From NCBI GenBank assembly GCA_023920165.1, contig CP089274.1, forward strand, positions 4,960,001-5,024,000: a stretch of 64,000 bases of DNA, written 5' to 3'. The DNA is from Curvularia clavata. Taxonomy: Eukaryota. The position numbers were made by a program, and so were the translations under genes. Below are positions 62,143 to 64,000 of the stretch, in pieces. Numbering within the stretch: the first letter of the stretch is position 1; every line of letters begins with the position of its first letter. The notes below the pieces were generated by a model. The model searched no databases. It saw nothing but the letters and a program-made list of their open reading frames with translations, and was not told the origin of the DNA.

Positions 62143-63413
62143 ATGAGATCTCCCCCGTTGGAGGTCATTTTGACCTGGCCCAAGCCCAACTATGTCGACC
62201 CCGTCACCAGAGGGCCGGGCTTGATGATTGTTGAGTTGACACTGCTCCCCATTGCCATGATAGTCGTCTTTCTTAGACTATGGGTCCGGATATCATGGTT
62301 GAAGAAGAGCTGGTATGACGACTATCTCATGATTGTGGCCATGATCTTCAGTATTGGTAAGTCCTCGCCACCTAGGCTCCCATCACCCCTTCATCACGAC
62401 TCACTCGTCCCACAGGAACTACCGTTATTGTCATCATGGCATCTCAACTGTATGGGTGGGACCGCCATGTCTGGGACCTCAAGCCGCACGAGATGATGGT
62501 TGGGAGACAGGTACGGATCAGTGTTGCCTCATGGCACAACCAGTTGATACTGACTTCTCCAGGCATCCATGGCAGGCCAAACATTGTTCGTCCTTGCATC
62601 GTCGACTGTCAAGATGTCCATCTTGGTCTCATACTTTCGCATCGCACCCGAAAAATCTATTTTCCGCAAGTTGGTGTGGGCGGTATTCGCCCTCGTCTTC
62701 GCCGCTTTCGTCGTCTTCCTCGTTGCCCTGTGGGTGCAATGCATGTGAGTGTATCAAACCATCATATCATCGACTTTTTACTGACCAGTTGCAGCCCAAT
62801 TTCGAGTTATTGGAAGCTAAACTCTGATCACCGCGATTGCATTCCTGAAGGACCGCCGCTCGTCGTACAGAGTGTCCTCAACGTCGTAACCGACTTTATG
62901 ATCTACGCACTACCGATCCCGACCTTGTTCACGCTCTCGCTGCCATGGACTCAACGCATTGGACTGGTCGTTCTCTTCTCGGTTGGTGGTCTTATCGTCG
63001 TTGCCAGCAGCTTCCGAGCCTACTGGGTCCACTATACGCTCTTCAGAACCTACGATGCGACCTGGGAAGGATACCAGATCTGGGTATGGACTGCCGTCGA
63101 AACAAACGTGGGTGTCATCTGTGGATGCATTCCAGCACTCAAGCCATTGCTCTTCCCACATCGGGCAAGACAACAGGGCTCGAGGTACGCTACCGGATCG
63201 CAGCACAGCAGGAAGAAGGAGAAGATCACGCCTGTCATCGACCAGGTCGAGCTGGACACGCGGAGATTGACAGAGAGGAACGAGTCGCAGCCCGGGCTTG
63301 CCATTACCAGCCATCCACATCACAGCGGCTTCTCGGAGCGACCCATGAGTGGCTCAACAGACAAGAGTCGGTTCGACATTGACATTGAGCAGCAAAAATC
63401 CTTCATGTACTGA
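62143..63413 (+). CDS. PTH11-like (fungal rhodopsin-domain) 7-TM integral membrane protein without a CFEM domain; 3 introns
   Basis: [61 protein letters not shown] and [21 protein letters not shown]. Confidence 0.92.
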
Positions 63414-64000
63414 TCGCGAGGCGCAGTACGATATATCTTTATTTAATCTTTGCATACGTTGAGGGTGTGGAGTCGGATCGCCCTGCAGCTGGGATTCCCT
63501 GGTACCTGGGCTGGGCCGCTTGCACCTTGGACGTCCTTTTTCATTTGTCTTTTCTCATTACCACGATCAATGCTCGTTGATACCCCCCCATGGATGGGCG
63601 GAACTCTCAGAGTCGGCATTCATTTCTTACCTTCTTTCTCCCTATTTCCTTCTTCTTTGGGTGGTCATCTGCGCATCACGATCACGATGCCAGTCTCTTC
63701 TTTCCCGTTTCTTAGCGAGGCGTTTAGTACGGTAGCATATAATGCCATCACGTCAGCTCACCAGGGCAACGATCTCCTTTATACTTTGGTGCGCAAATGC
63801 TTCCGTGTGCAGACGTCGACCCAACTGCAGGTGTGCTTGCCTACCAACTCTGCTCAAATGTTCACATTTAACATGTCCAGGTCACGTTTTCCAGTGCGAG
63901 TAAGAAGCAGTGGCACTTGGTCGCAAGCACGACCGACGCGACGGGCGCGTGCATACGACTTTGTTGCAACGAACTGGTGGTATGAATGCGATGCTGACTG

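Overview
Eukaryotic, intron-containing genomic DNA from a filamentous ascomycete. Gene content and intron style suggest Pezizomycotina, probably Dothideomycetes/Pleosporales (inference). The window is mostly housekeeping and gene-dense, with 23 protein-coding genes in this order: PEX5 (5' part), a long charged coiled-coil repeat protein, HEM25-like glycine carrier, arrestin-fold protein, Pah1/HTF1/HbxA-like homeobox factor, HAD glycerol-phosphatase, NUG1, an unknown membrane protein, PUT2, a DHA1 MFS transporter, GH47, GH17, a CIA30-family protein, DUF202, RFA2, DBP10, a Zn2Cys6 factor, a SPF31-like J-protein, DBP4, a small secreted protein, GH105, a Cys-rich C-terminally anchored protein and a PTH11-like membrane protein. 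It also holds two dispersed, near-identical copies of a divergent 5S rRNA and a decayed GMC oxidoreductase relic. The points most worth following up are: (i) the divergent 5S rRNA isotype; (ii) two GC-AG introns, one of which splits the homeodomain recognition helix; (iii) a 4.4-kb gene-free gap between convergent genes, with alternating purine/pyrimidine blocks, a ~30-bp hairpin and scattered long-range complementary motifs (candidate structured RNA or long 3' UTR); (iv) three ribosome-biogenesis genes plus two 5S genes within 35 kb. I found no transposon, CRISPR array or biosynthetic cluster, and I cannot support a clearly new multi-gene system. Exon boundaries were read by eye.
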